NCBI RefSeq assembly: GCF_004010195.1
Contig: NC_057754.1
Span: 8,925,728 to 8,989,727 of the forward strand
From: Chiloscyllium plagiosum
Taxonomy: Eukaryota
Direction of reading: 5' to 3'
Length of the DNA: 64,000 nt
A model generated the notes under the pieces. That model was not told where the DNA came from. It did not search any database and saw only the letters and a program-made list of their open reading frames with translations. Position 1 is the first letter of the stretch. The number at the start of each line of letters is the position of its first letter. Position numbers and translations under genes: made by a program. This document shows positions 35,827-49,219 of the stretch, in pieces.

Positions 35827-36672
35827 TAGTCATAGACTGTCCAGCATGGAAACAGACTCTTTCGTTCAACTTATCCAGGCCACCCAGATATCTTGAATTA
35901 ATCTAATACCATCTGCCAGAATTTGGCCCATATCCCTCTTAACCCTTCCTATTCATATACCCACCAAGATGCCTTTTAAATGTTGTAAATGTACCAATCT
36001 CCTCCACTTCCTCTGGCAGCTCATTCCATACACGCATCACCCTCTGCGTGAAAAGGTTGCCCCTTAGGTTGCTATTTATATCTTTCACCCTTTCACCTCT
36101 CACCCTTAACATATGCCCTATAGGTTTGGACTCCCCTACCCTCGAGAAAAGACTTTGGCTATTCACCCTATCCATGCCCCTGACTTCATAAACTTCTATA
36201 AGGTCATCCCTCAGCTTCCTACACTCCAGGGAAAATAGCCCCAGCCTATTCAGCCTCCTCCTATAGTTTAAATCCTCCAACCCTGGCAACATCCTCGTAA
36301 GTCTTTTCTGAATCCTTTCAAGTTTCACAATATCCTTCCTGTGACAGGGAGACCAGAATTGAATACAGTGTTCCAAAAGTGGCCTAAGCAATGTCCTGTA
36401 CAACGAAAACATGACCTCTGAACTCCTAAACCCAATGCACTGATCAATAAAGGCAAGCAAACTAAACGCCTTCTTCGCTATCCTGTTTACCTGCGACTCC
36501 ACTTTTAGGGAACTGTGAACCTGCAATCCAAGGTCTCAATGATCAGCAACACACCCCAGGACCTCCCCATTAAGTGCCTTGATTTGCCTTCCCAAAATGT
36601 AGTACCTCACATTTATTTAAACTCCATCTGCTACTCTTCGGCCCATCTGATCAAGGTCCTGCTGCACTCTGG
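35827..36672 (-). mobile_element. CR1 3' fragment (abutted by an opposite-strand CR1 fragment at about 36673-36985)
   Basis: ORF 35939-36526 is the CR1 ORF2 C-terminus. Confidence 0.88.
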
Positions 36673-38559
36673 GTCCAAGTACAGAATTCTTTGAAGTTTG
36701 CGTCACATATAGACAGGGTGGTTATGAAGGTATTTAAACATCTGAGCAACAAATGCAAGGATGCTAAGTATAGGAGTTGAGACGATACCTTGAGGTTGTA
36801 TGGGACATTGGTGAAGCCTCATTTGGAGTACTGTGTCCAGTTCTGGTTGCCTTGCTATTGGAAGGATATTGTGAAGCTGGAGAGGTTCAGAAGAAATTAA
36901 CCAGAATGTTGCTGGGAATGGAGAGTTTGCGTTATAAGGAGAGGCAGGACCTTTTTCACTGGGAGCATAGGAGACTCAAGGCTGCCTGAGAGCAAAGGAA
37001 ACTGCGTCCTAAAAGGAGACCACTTATTTTAAAATTATGAAGGTTTCTAAAGACTCTTTCCCCCCCCCCCAAAATATATATACACACACACACACGCAAT
37101 TGGAAATGTTTCCTCCTCATCCACCCTGTCAAATCTACTCAGGATCTTACGATAAAGTCACCTCATTCTTGAAACTCTGCTGTATATTGGTATAACTTGT
37201 ACAAAACTTTCTCAGGAGGTACCCCCTCAACTTTGAAATCAACTGAGTGAATCTTCTGTGAACTGCTTCTAAAACTATAATATCCTTTTTGAATAAGAAG
37301 TCCGGTGCTGTATTATACTCCAGCTGTGGTCTTACCAGGACTCTCCACAACTGCAGCAAAACATCCCTACTGTTAAACACAACAACATTCTGAATCAGTT
37401 TGTGTGGCTGCAGGGGTCAGACTTCCTTCCCTAAAGGAAATGGGGGAGCAAGATTAGTTGATGACAGTTAATTAGTCTTCTATGTGACTAGCTCTCTGTT
37501 CCAAATATTTTTAGATAACTTGCTGTGGTGGGAGTTGACCAAGACCAGCCCAATGGCAATACCATGACATCAGTGCCTTTCTTTCATACTCTGATTTATC
37601 CTTTTTTCCCTTGAGTAGCTTTGCTGTTTCCAACAATCTATGCAATCTTCTGACCTACCATATGTTTCCTACTTTTGTTTCAGTATCTCTGGAGGCTTCA
37701 AATGCAATATATTTTGCAAATTGCGTTCCCAATCTGCTGGATAAGCACTTGAATAACAGATATTGGGGGGGGGATAGGGGCCAAGCGCTGGAAGGTGAGA
37801 TAGTTCAGTTTGGGATTATGGTCAGCATAGGCTGGTTGGACCGAAGGGTCTGGTTCCATTCTGTATGATTCTACATGGGGTAAAGGCAGTATCATAGAGT
37901 TTGGTCACAGATCCCTGATGTCATTTCATGTTGAAACTAGCTTGAGGAGCTAAATTTGCAGAAATGTGCAGCACAGAGGGAGATCATTTGATCCTTTTGG
38001 CTTTTGCTGTCTCTTTGAAAGATCAACTTTGTATAGTCACGCACACCCAGCTGCTGGTTGTAATACAGCAAGTGCCGCAGGCTCAGAAATCTGTCAACTC
38101 CATTCCAAAATTCCTTTGAGTCAACTTTCATCATCTTTTTTAAGTTGCATATTCCAGATCCTATCAATTTTCAATTGGTGCAGAAACTGCGAAACTCCAC
38201 GCTGGAAGGTTGTAAAACACTGAACTGGAAGATGGGTTGCTGTCCTCCAAGCTCCCATTGAGCTTCACTGGAACAGTGCAAGAGACCGAGGTCAGAGTGA
38301 GAGTGAGGTGGAGGACAAATATCGCAAGTGACTGGAAGCTTAGGAGGCAGCTTGCAGTCTGACTGGAGGTTGTACCATAAAAGTTTTTTGCTGTTCTTAA
38401 TATAGAGGAGACCACAGGATCTAAACAGCAAAACATACCTGAGTTAATCTCTGAAAATCTTAGAAACAGGATCCCAGAAAGTCTTTTGTAAGGGGTACAA
38501 AATCAAGCAAACTGAGTGCCCGAATATTAAACTCTATTCCAGTTACAGGGTGTGTTTTT

Positions 38560-38827
38560 TATATCAGCAGAAATAAACCCCAACTGTCAAGATTGGAAGT
38601 GGCTCAGTCCTGGATGTCTTTAACAGCAGAGTCCAAGCCGAGCAGACATTGGTGAGCTCTCTGCTTTTTCAGCAGATCAGACGATGGATCAAATCCCTTC
38701 TCAGATGCATGGTGCATGTGAACACTCTCTCTTCAGTGTGAACCCACTTATGTTTCTCGTGTAAGTGATGTTTTTATCTGTGCACCAGTAGCTCTTGACC
38801 TTCTGACCGGTGCGAGTTTGGGAGATT
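38560..38827 (-). pseudogene. degenerate ZNF remnant (last finger plus 3'UTR-like sequence); partly duplicated at 39551-39687
   Basis: Minus strand reads KHKWVHTEERVFTC then, shifted, EKGFDPSSDLLKKQRAH; downstream sequence resembles the 3'UTRs of genes 1 and 2. Confidence 0.6.
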
Positions 38828-39550
38828 AGAACCATACAGCATGGAAACTGACCCTTAGGTCCAACCAATTCATGTCAAACATAATTCCAAACTAAACTAT
38901 ACCCAACTCCTCAGTTTGGCCCATATGCCTCCAAACCTTTCCAATTCATGAACTTACCTAAGTGTCTTTTAACATTGTAACTGTGTCCACATCCACCACT
39001 CCCACACACGAGCTATCCTCTGTGGAAAAAAAAAACAAAAATTGCTCATGCCTTTTTTTAAATCTTTCTCTTTTCACCTTAAAAATGGGCCCTCTACACT
39101 TCACATCCCCCATCCTAGGGAAAGGACACCCACCACTAACCTTATCTGTACCCCTCATGATTTTATAAACCTCTATAAAGGTCACCTTTCAACCTCCAAC
39201 GCTCCAGTGAAAAATGTCTCTGCCTATCCAGCCTTTCTTTACAACTCAAACCTTCCACACACGACAACATCTGATGAATCTTTTCTGAACCCTCTCCAGC
39301 TTATTAATATCCTTCCTTTAATTGGGCACTAGAACTGAACACAGTATTCCAGAAGAGGCTTCACCAATGTCCTGTACAACCTCACCATGACTTCCCAACT
39401 CCTATATTTGAGAAACTGAACAATGGAGGCAAGTGTGTGAAATGTCATTTTAACCACTTTATCTATTCGTGAGGCAAACTTCAAAGAATTACGTACCTGA
39501 ACCCGTAGGTCCCTCTGTTCTACAATGCTACCCAAGGCCCTACCATTAGG
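38828..39550 (-). mobile_element. CR1 3' fragment
   Basis: LYRTLVKPLLEYCVQF plus tail. Confidence 0.88.
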
Positions 39551-39891
39551 TGCATGGCGCATGTGAACAGTCTCTCTCCGGTGTGAACCCACTTATATTT
39601 CTTGTATAAAGTGATGTTTTTTTCTGTGCACCAGCTGCTTTTGCCCAAATGGCCAATGTGGGTTGTGGGTTGTGGGTTTGGGAGATTCTGTCAAAGATCT
39701 AGTTGAGCTGGTGAAGTCCATTTCCTTTTTCTGTTCATCCATCGTATTCGTCTCCATGGATACCAGCATGTTCCCTCGCTGAAGGATGTTACCAATCCAG
39801 TCGATTTTTGTTGATAATCCAGCAGCCTTTATGCTCACTGTTTCCTGTTCTAAATTCATTTTCCAGAGAATTTGAAAGGGAGGGTTTACAA

Positions 39892-41019
39892 ATGGAAAGC
39901 TCAAACCAAACATCAGCTCAAGACCTGACAGGTGAGCTCAGTTCATCAGATGAATATCGTCAGCCTTTGAACATGGAAGGAGAAAGTAGCATTGACAGTG
40001 AAAAGAAACTGTACGCATGCTCTGTGTGTGGACGAGGCTTCAACCAGTCATCTGACCTGTCCAAACACCAGTGTGGTCACAACAGGGAAAAACCATGGAA
40101 ATGTGGGGACTGTGGGAAGGGATTCAATTGCCCATCTGACCTGGAAACTCACTGGCGCAGTCACACTGGGGAGAGACCATTCACCTGCCCCGACTGCGGG
40201 AAGGGGTTCACTCAATCATCTGACCTGCTGAGACACCAGCGAGTTCACACTGGGAAGAGGCCGTTCACCTGCACAGACTGTGGGAAGGGATTCTCTCAAT
40301 CGTCTCACCTTCTGACACATCAGCGAATTCACACCGGAGAGAGACCATTCACTTGCCCCGAGTGTGGGCAGGGATTTACTCAGCTATCGACCCTGCTGAG
40401 ACACCAGCGAATTCACACTGGGGAGAGGCCGTTCACCTGCCCCAAGTGTGGGAAGGGATTCACTGAGTCGTCCCATCTGTTGACACACCAGCGAGTTCAC
40501 ACTGGGGAGAGACCGTTCACCTGCACAGAGTGTGGTAAGGGTTTCATTCGGTCGTCGACCCTGCTGATACACCAGCGAGTTCACAATGGGGAGAGACCAT
40601 TCACCTGCTCCAAGTGTGGGAAGGGATTCACAACCTCCTCCACCCTCCTGAATCACCAGCGCATTCACACCGGGGAGAGGCCGTTCACCTGCTCCCAGTG
40701 CGGGAAGGGCTTCAGTCAGTTATCCAATCTACTGGCCCACCAGCGGGTTCACACCGGGGAGAGGCCATTCTCATGCTCTGAGTGCGGCAAGGGATTCACC
40801 ACCTCTTCCACGTTGCTAAATCACCAGCGCGTTCACACAGGGGAGAGGCCATTCACCTGCCCTGATTGTGGGAAGGGATTCAGTCAGTCATCCAACCTGC
40901 TGACACACCAGCGAGTTCACACTGGGGAACGGCCATTCATCTGCATCAAGTGTGGGAAGAGATTTGCTCGTTCATCCAACTTGCTGACACACCAGCGAAT
41001 TCACGAGGAACCACAGTGA
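39892..41019 (+). CDS. tandem C2H2 zinc-finger protein (12 fingers, short acidic N-terminal leader, no KRAB/SCAN), ZNF gene 2
   Basis: Acceptor TTTTCCAG ending at 39866 and first ATG at 39892 (MESSNQTS...). Twelve fingers with TGERP linkers, stop TGA, AATAAA at 41087 and 41129. Confidence 0.92.
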   Translation: MESSNQTSAQDLTGELSSSDEYRQPLNMEGESSIDSEKKLYACSVCGRGFNQSSDLSKHQCGHNREKPWKCGDCGKGFNCPSDLETHWRSHTGERPFTCPDCGKGFTQSSDLLRHQRVHTGKRPFTCTDCGKGFSQSSHLLTHQRIHTGERPFTCPECGQGFTQLSTLLRHQRIHTGERPFTCPKCGKGFTESSHLLTHQRVHTGERPFTCTECGKGFIRSSTLLIHQRVHNGERPFTCSKCGKGFTTSSTLLNHQRIHTGERPFTCSQCGKGFSQLSNLLAHQRVHTGERPFSCSECGKGFTTSSTLLNHQRVHTGERPFTCPDCGKGFSQSSNLLTHQRVHTGERPFICIKCGKRFARSSNLLTHQRIHEEPQ

Positions 41020-41192
41020 TTGAAGTTTGCTCTTAATCACATCCAGGCCTGAACTATGTTCAGTGGGCTCTAATTCTCCTGAGGCAAATAAACTCAACCC
41101 AATCTGGGTGGTAATACTGTGTAAATTAAATAAATAACCTTTATCTTACGCACAAAAAGTATATAGTTTTCTTAATTTCTCTAATGCAATTT

Positions 41193-41890
41193 TGTTACGA
41201 CACCGGTAAACCCTTCTGCTTAATTTAAAACCAGCAGCACAGAAAAGATTTATCCCATGCAGTAATCTGTAAAAATCGAGTGGCCAAAAACTATTAAAAG
41301 TAAAAATTAATAATTTTATTTCTTAAAGTATAACAGAGAATAATTAACATTATTTACAATTTCTTTCTCTAACCTGTTACCCTCCCTTCTATTCTAGTCT
41401 GATAAAACTCCCAATTAAGATTTACAAAACAACACTTCTTATCTCAAAACCAGGCAGCTGTAAGCTCTTGTCTTCAGAACTTACTGTGTCTTTTCTTCTT
41501 GTTTGGAATTTCTGCATCACAGGTTACTGATCGAAAAGGTACTTTTAAGAGAGACCTGTTTTCAAGCAATCTGTTTACATGCTGGGCCATGGCAGTTCTC
41601 CTCCAAAATCTTCAATTTTCCCCAGTGTTATACTCCAGAACATCAAATTGTATCATTGACAATCTTATAAGCCAATATACTCAATTCAAACTTGATTGGA
41701 GTTTGTTATGTTTTGGGTTTAATTTAAATTGATTGGCCAAATTCAAATTTGTTTTTGTCTCCAAGCAACAAACTCATCAAGTTGTTAGACCCAGTGTTAC
41801 ATTGTTACCACTTTTGAGTACACTTGATGCTGGGTCTGGCAGTTTTGTTACTTTTAACTCTCTTAAATGTATACCCACATCTTCATAAAA
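41193..41890 (-). mobile_element. 3' LTR of the Gypsy element
   Basis: Begins TGTTACGAC on + (reads ...AACA on -). The other end abuts the polypurine tract AAGTGGGGAGG (minus strand, about 41891-41901). Confidence 0.75.
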
Positions 41891-44330
41891 CCTCCCCACT
41901 TAAGAAAAAAAATGAACCATCATAATGAAATGATGGCTTTTTTTTAAACTTTTTAAACACATTACCCTAACATACCGAAAACTTTCATATAATTTCACCT
42001 TAACTTCTTCCCATATTCCTATATAAACATAAAACATTAAATAAAAAAACTTATCTAAATTCTATCAGTTAAATCCACGATAATGCATCTGCGTTTACAT
42101 TCTTCTGACCCACAATATGTATGATTTTAAAATTAAAAGTCTGTAAAATAAGACTCCAACGAAAGTCTCATATTCTTATCTTTAAAACATTATAAGAATG
42201 TAAGGCGGATTGTGGTCAGTGTACACGTTGTGTCCGACACGTCGTTCTTGACAGACACATTCAAATGCTATAAGGCCAGTACCAAACTCAATCGTTCCTT
42301 TTTGATTGTGGAGTATTTCCTCTGGGGGATGCTGATCTTCTTCGAAAAGTAAACAACGGGCAGTTCAATCCCATCCTCATCGTCCTGTAGGAGTACAGCT
42401 CAAATTCCTGTGCCACTAACATCGATGACAACTTGAAACGTTTGGTGTAGCTAAAACTGGTTTGGTGGTTAATATCGATTTCAAATGGTCGAATGCCTCC
42501 TGGCATTGTTCTGTCCACCGAAACTTTGTGTTCTTCTTCAGCAAACCGGTTAACGGTGCCACTACACTGCTGAAGTTTGGAACAAACTTCCGATAGAATC
42601 TGTTGAGTCCTAAGAATCAAAGCACCTCTTTATTCTACATTCGTCATGGAATTTCTCGATGGCCTTAGTCTTTGCATTCCTTGGGGTCAACCTTCCATGA
42701 CCGATGTTATGTCCCAAGAACGTCACTTCTGTTTTCACAAATTCCGTTTTATTTAAGTTTATCACCAGTTTTGCTTCTCATAGTTGTTCAAAGAGCTTTG
42801 CCAACTGTACTAAGTGATCCTTCCAGCACTTACTAAAGATCACTACATCGTCCAAATAGACTGCGCAGTTTGTTAACCCAGCCACAACTCTGTTCATGAG
42901 TCTTTGGAATGTCCATTCCAAAGGACATCGCTTTAAACTGATATAGCTCATTTTGATTAAACGCAGAAATTTCATTCACCTGTCATTTACCTGAAAGTAA
43001 CCACGCATTAAGTCCAACTTGGTGATGTAACTGGCTTGTCCAACTTTCCCAATGCAGTCCTCCAATCCAGGAATTGGATATGAGTCCGATTTTGTAACGG
43101 TGTTGATCTTCCGATAATCCACGCAGAATCGTTGAGTCCCATCAGGTTTGGGAACTAAGCTGATCAGCGAACTCCACATGCTCTGGCTTGTTCAATGATG
43201 TCCTCCACCCGTATGGCCTCCACCTCCATATGGATCTGTGTGGCTTTGACAGGATTAAGCTGATGGGGTAATGTTTTATCGGAACAGTATTCCCTACGTC
43301 TACTTCATGTACAATAGCATTAGTCCTCCCCACCTGATTCTTACATATGTCCTTGTACTGTAGAAACAAATCTTTCAACTCTGTTCTATGCCCCTGAGAC
43401 AGGTAGCTTACTAATCTATCCCATTCCTCAAGGACTTCTTCATTTTTTTAATCTATGTTGAGGCACCTCAAAATCCATATCCTCTGGATGTGATTCCTCA
43501 CTCTGTGGGGCAGTAACTAACACCTGTTTCTCCAGTTCTTTCTCTCTAGTATAATGCAGTTTCAACATGTCCACATGACATAACCAATATCTTTCTTTTC
43601 TATCTGGCATCTTTACTCAGTAGTTCACCTGACTCAACTTTTTCTCAGATTGATAGGGACCACTAAACCTGGCTTTGAACGGATCTCCTATCATTGGTAA
43701 CAGTACTAACACGTTATCCCCTTGGGAAAACATCCAGATCTCAGAATTTCTATCTGCCACTTTCTTCATTCTACACTGTGCCCTCTTTCAGTGCTGTTTA
43801 GATCACTCACCTACTCAACTTAATCTCTCCCTCACCTCTGATACATAATCTAATTGTGAGATCTCTGACTTTGGTCCTGTCAATTTTTCTTTAAATAATT
43901 TCAAAGGGCCCCTCACTTCATGGCTGAATATTAACTCAAAGGGAGTAAACTGAGTAGATTCATTTGTGGCATCTCTAATGGCAAACCATACGAATGGGAT
44001 ACCTTTAGCCCAATCATTCAGGTAATCCTGACAGTATGCTCTCAACATGGTCTTCAAGGTCTGATGCCACCTTTCTAAAGCTCCCTGGGATTCAGGATGA
44101 TACGCACTGGATTTAAAGTACTGTATACCTAAGCTATCCATAACCTCCTTAACAGCCCAGCAGTAAAATTTGACCCTTGGTCCAACTGAATCTCTCTGGG
44201 TAACCCATACCGTGTGAAGAAAGCTACTAACACCTCTACTACCCTTTTGCCTTGATACTCTGTAATGGAATTGCCTCCGCAAATCTGGTAGACACATCCA
44301 TTAAGGTTAGCAAGCACTGGTTCCCACTTT

Positions 44331-44649
44331 TAGATTAGATTAGATTCCCTACAGTGTGGAAACAGGCCCTTCGGCCCAACTAGTCCACACCGACCCGCCG
44401 AAGAGTAACCCATCCAGGCCCATTCCCCATATTTACCCTTGACTAATGCACCTAACTCTACGGGCAATTTAGCATGACCAATTCACCTGGCCTGCACATC
44501 TTTGGACTGTGGGAGGAAACCAGAGCACCCGGAGGAAACCCATACAGACGCAGGGAAAATGTGCAAACTCCACACAGTCGCCCAAGGCTGGAATCAAACC
44601 TGGGTCCCTGGTGCTGTGAGGCAGCAGTACTGACCACTGAGCCACTGTG
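44331..44649 (-). mobile_element. HE1-type V-SINE inserted in the Gypsy integrase
   Basis: Full head, V-domain and tail. Confidence 0.9.
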
Positions 44650-45508
44650 CTTTTAGTTCTCGGGGACAGGACCTACACAATCAATTTTAACTCACATGAA
44701 AGGTTCTTCAAATGTGGGAATTGGCAACAAAGGGGCTGGTTTTATTCCCGCCTGTGGCTTACCTACCATTTGCCATGTATGACACATAGGACAAAAGTTA
44801 AACACATCCTTGTGCATTCCAGACCAATAAAAATGTTTTTGTACCTTAGCCAGAGTCTTTCGTACCCTTCGGTGACCTCCTACAGGTAGCTCATGTGCTA
44901 CCCATAACACCTCCTGTCTGTATGCAATACAGTCTGGTGCACTTCGACCCAGTTCTCCTCTGCACTAACCTGCCATGGTCTTCATTTCCATTTTAGGATT
45001 CTATCTTTCAGATAATAACCCTCCGGAATATTCTCTGCCTCCTTTTCAGAGTACGCATCCACATATATATATTTTATCATCTTGTCTTGCTGTTGCAAGT
45101 TTGTTAGCCTTCTAGGACTAAACACTTCTGTCTGACCCTCTACCTGTTCAGGTTTTCCCTGCACCATTACACCAAACAGGGTATCTGCTAACTGAACCTC
45201 AATTCCTTTGCTTTCTCTTTACTTTTCACTTCGTGCTGTGACTTATGATATTGGGATCTGGTTACCACACGGTCTGGGAAAATACCAGGATATTTCTGTT
45301 TTAACTCCTCCCCCTGGTCTTCCTTGGGCTTCTCCACAACAAGGGGTGTCACTCCCACCTTGGATCCTGCCAAATTATTCCCAAGAACAAACTGAATTCC
45401 TGGAACTGACACTTTGTCAATCAATCCCAATGTAACTTTCCCAGTCTTAAGTTGGCACTCCAACCTGACTTTACAGAAGGAAACGCCAAATTTCTGTCCA
45501 AGTATCCC

Positions 45509-45803
45509 ACGGTGGCACAGTGGTTAGCACTGCTGCCTCACAACGCCAGAGACCAGGGTTCAATTCCTGCCTCGGGCAACTGACTGTGTGGAGTTTGCAC
45601 ATTCTCCCTGTGTCTGCGTGGGTTTCCTCCGGGTGCTCCGGTTTCCTCCCACTGTCCAAAAATGTGCAGGTCAGGTGAATTGGCCATGCTAAATTGCCCG
45701 TAGTGTTAGGTGCAGGGGTAAATGTAGGGGAATGGGTCTGGGTGGGTTGCACTTCGGCAGGCAAAAGGGCCTGTTTCCACACTGTAAGTAATCTAATCTA
45801 ATC
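45509..45803 (+). mobile_element. HE1-type V-SINE inserted in the Gypsy protease region
   Basis: Full head, V-domain and (ATCTA)n tail. Confidence 0.9.
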
Positions 45804-47924
45804 AAATTACCACACTGTCAGGTAACAGATCAGAAAGCGTGCATATTCACTCATCCCATACTATCAGCAACTGATTAGATCCTATATCTCTCAAAATAAT
45901 AACTTCTTGTTCTCCCCCTGTTCTTTCTGAATAAACTTTACCCACAGAGGTGAATTCTTTGTAGAGATCAGGTACTAACTCCATACCCAGCCCCTGCCTA
46001 GACTGTGTACTGTCCTGCAGCTCCTCAGCTCTTCTTAGGGTCTCCTTTATTACCTTCACCAATGCCACTAGCTTAGCTTCTTTTACCACACCTTTTCCCA
46101 CAGTGCTTTTCTTTAACGACCAGCACTGTGTCTTTACATGTCCCACTTTACCACAACGGAAACACCCGAGGCTTTTACTTCCTTTCCACCCACTTGTGCA
46201 TCTTTTTTAACCTGTGGAAAACAATTGCCAGTGAGCTCTACTCTTTGTTTTGTAGTGTAGGATCTCCCCTTCTCCCAACTTTCATCCCTCACAGGATGAA
46301 ATCTGGCCGGAAGCTTGTTTATGCACAGCATGTACTCATCTGTGAATTCTGCTAAACTTCTCACTTCCTGAACTTTCTGTTCCTTACATGAATTCTTACC
46401 ATCTCTGGAAGTGAGTTTTTAAACTCCTCCAGCAGAATAATCTCTCTTAAAGCCTCAAATGTCCTAACTATTTTCAAATCACGCAAACATCGATCAAATT
46501 GACTACGTTCAATTCTTTCAAACTCAACATAAGTCTGGCCTGGTTCCTTCTTTGTGTTTCTGAACCGCTGCCTATATGCTTCTGGTACCAATTTATAAGC
46601 ACTTAAAATAGCCTGTTTAACCTCTTCATAATCTCTTGACATCTCATCTGACAATATGGCAAATACCTCACTAACTCTGTCTACCAATTTAGTCTGAACT
46701 AGCATTACCCATAAATTCTTGGACCACTCCATCTGCCTAGCCAATTTTTCATATGAAATAAAGAAGGCTTCAACATCTTTCTCATTAAAATGTGACAGAG
46801 TTTTGACTTATTTATATATATCACTACCGTTTTTAATCTCCATCCTGGTAACTTGACTTTGCTGACTAAGTCACAACTTCTCAAGTTCAAATTCTCTCTC
46901 TCTTTCTTATCTCACTCTCTCCCTTTCTCTCCCTACGTTTATCTTCTAACTCCAATTTCCTCAATTGTAATTTAAGTTTTTCTACCTCTACTGCACTTGT
47001 CTGTTTCTCTGACACACCTAAATGTTTGTGTAATTCCCTTACAATTTCAGCTTTACTTTTGTTCTTGTTTAAACCCAAATCTAACTTATTTGCTAATTCT
47101 AAAAGTATGACCTTTTTCTTTCCTTCTAAACTTTCTTGGCAAATTTGAGAATCATCTTCAAATCCCAGAACCTCTTTAGCAATTTTAAGAGCCATTTCTC
47201 TCACTTTTAATTTAAATCAACCACAAGTTACCGAAATTAAACAAATTGTCTGACCTACATTTTGGTTAAAGATCTCTGACACTAACCTGCAAGTGTTTAA
47301 ATCTGCTGGGATTTTTCATAACCCCAAATCTATTCAAATCTGTCTAAACTAGTTCAGATCACAGACCCGAGACCCCAATTTCAAGGGTTATCCCTGACTC
47401 CCCTTCAACAACAAGTGCAAATAGCTCATGGAGTTTCTTTCTGGCTAAGATTGAGACAATCTGAACAGCTGCCTCTGCTCCTTGCTGTCCCTTACCAATC
47501 TGTTCCTGAAGTTGCTGGGATTTCCTCTAAACATCCTTTAGACAGGCTGCCTGTCATCTCTGGTGATTGTATGGCTAGTTGAAGCCTGTTCCCCCAAGTG
47601 GGAGTCAGGGCCTGGGGTGTTGGAGAGAAAGAGAGAAGGGTGGGGCCAGCTAGAATTGTGGGGAAAGCTGTCTGAATTGGTGAACCATCGCTGCACTCCT
47701 TCAATGGCAAGTATAACGTTCCTAAGGCAAGGAGACCAGATCTGCAAATAATTATCCAGGTACAGTCGCACCAGTGTTTCAGATATTTTTTAAGCAACCT
47801 GTTTAGAGATTTTATTACACTGGAACAGGTGGGACCGAGCTCAGGTCTTCTAGCTCAAAGGTAGGGATAGTGTCAGTGTCACAAGAGTCCCTCATGAGTA
47901 TTCTACTCAATTTGAAGCTTCTGC

Positions 47925-48633
47925 AGCATGGTGGCTCAGTGGTTAGCACTGCTGCCTCACAGTGCCAGTGTCCCCGATTTGATTCCATCCTCAGGTGACT
48001 GTCTATGTGGAGTTTGCACATTCTCCCCATGTCTGCATGGGTTCTCTCTGGGTGATCTGGTTTCCTCCCCACAGTCCAAAGATGTGTAGGTTAGGGTGAA
48101 TTGCTCAGTGTGCAGGGAGGTGTAGGTTAGGTTCATTATTCAGGAGTAAATTTCAGATAAGGGAATGGGTCTGGGTGGGTTACTCTTCGGAGGGTCGGTG
48201 TGGACTTGTTGGACCAAAGGACCTGTTTGAATCTTAATTCTTAGCTGCTGTACTCACATCCTCTTGCCTTAAAGACCAATATTCCATTTCCTTGCTTGCT
48301 GCATCTGCACCTTCCAGTGGTCGCTTTGGACTTCAACACTTACCAATCTCCAATCTCCCTACAGCGTGGAAGCAGGCTATCCGAGTCACACCAATCCTCC
48401 GAAGAGCATCCCACCCAGACTAACTAATCCCCAGCTCCCCCCCCCCCCCTCTTCCAGCCCTGTAACCCTGCATTTCCAATGGCTAATCCACCTAACCTAC
48501 ACATCTTTGGACTGTGGGAGGACTCCCACACAGACAGGGGGAGAATGTGCTTACTCCACATAGACTGTCACGAGTGTAGAATCAAACTCAGGTCGCTGGT
48601 GCTGTGAGGCAACAGTGCTAACCACTGTGCCAT
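47925..48633. mobile_element. two HE1-type SINEs tail-to-tail (47925-48230 +, 48355-48633 -)
   Basis: Both show a tRNA-derived head and V-domain. Confidence 0.85.
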
Positions 48634-49219
48634 CATTCCAGCCACTGTGCTCTTTTGTTCTTCCTACCAAAGTGGACAATCTCACACACCTCCACATTGC
48701 CGTGCTGCGCTGTTGTCCAATTAGCCTATCTTAAGTTGCCGTGAAGTCTTTCATGCTCACATTCCCACTAAGTTTGCATTATAATTCACATCCAGGTGTT
48801 TTCCACATACCCCTGTTAAGGGATATTATGACATTCCTTTGGAGCTGCTAGGACTTGGTCTTTTGGCTCGGAAGTAGGGACACTACCACTCCACCACACC
48901 AGCCCTCCGTTCCCTTCATTCATCTTTCTTTCTTATATATCTAGAAATGCTAATCACTTACAACCAAACAACTATTTCCACCACCAAATCATCTGTGGTA
49001 ATTTTCACCTCTTAAGCAATACCATTAAATCACCCATGTTTTCCAGTTGATTCGTTTACAGCAAAATATTGCTGACTACCAAGATGAGGGAGAGGCACAT
49101 CCAAATAATTAACATAGATAGTGAAGAGCTGGGGCTCACGTACCAATCCTTGTTGTACTTCATTAGCATGCCATCCTGAGAAGAACCTATTTATTGCTTC
49201 TGTCTGCATTATGCCTGTT

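Larger units (their letters stand above)
41193..47380 (-). mobile_element. Gmr1-like Ty3/Gypsy LTR retrotransposon (gag with SCAN-like domain and Zn knuckle; PR-IN-RT-RH); decayed, 5' LTR missing
   Basis: gag 47204-46130 (VPEAYRQRFR...LLEEFKNSLP; C--C---GH----C). Protease ILRDIGS at about 45880. Integrase HHCC 44692-44910, DQGSNF and AYHPESQGALER 43815-44317. RT RFCVDYRKIN and YLDD 42778-43378; RNase H remnant about 42200-42500. Degenerate tRNA-Pro-like PBS TGGGGTCTCG at about 47368-47377. Confidence 0.9.

Noticed and set aside
37059..37096. poly-C, (TA)n and (CA)n run
   Set aside because: Ordinary short microsatellite.
39808..39891. ORF-track N-terminal extension of ZNF gene 2 (TTG start)
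   Set aside because: Non-ATG start that crosses a clear splice acceptor at 39865-39866; most likely intron and UTR.
46361..46744. domesticated host SCAN gene
   Set aside because: Embedded in a frameshifted gag-pol with PBS, PPT and LTR; no sign of separate preservation.
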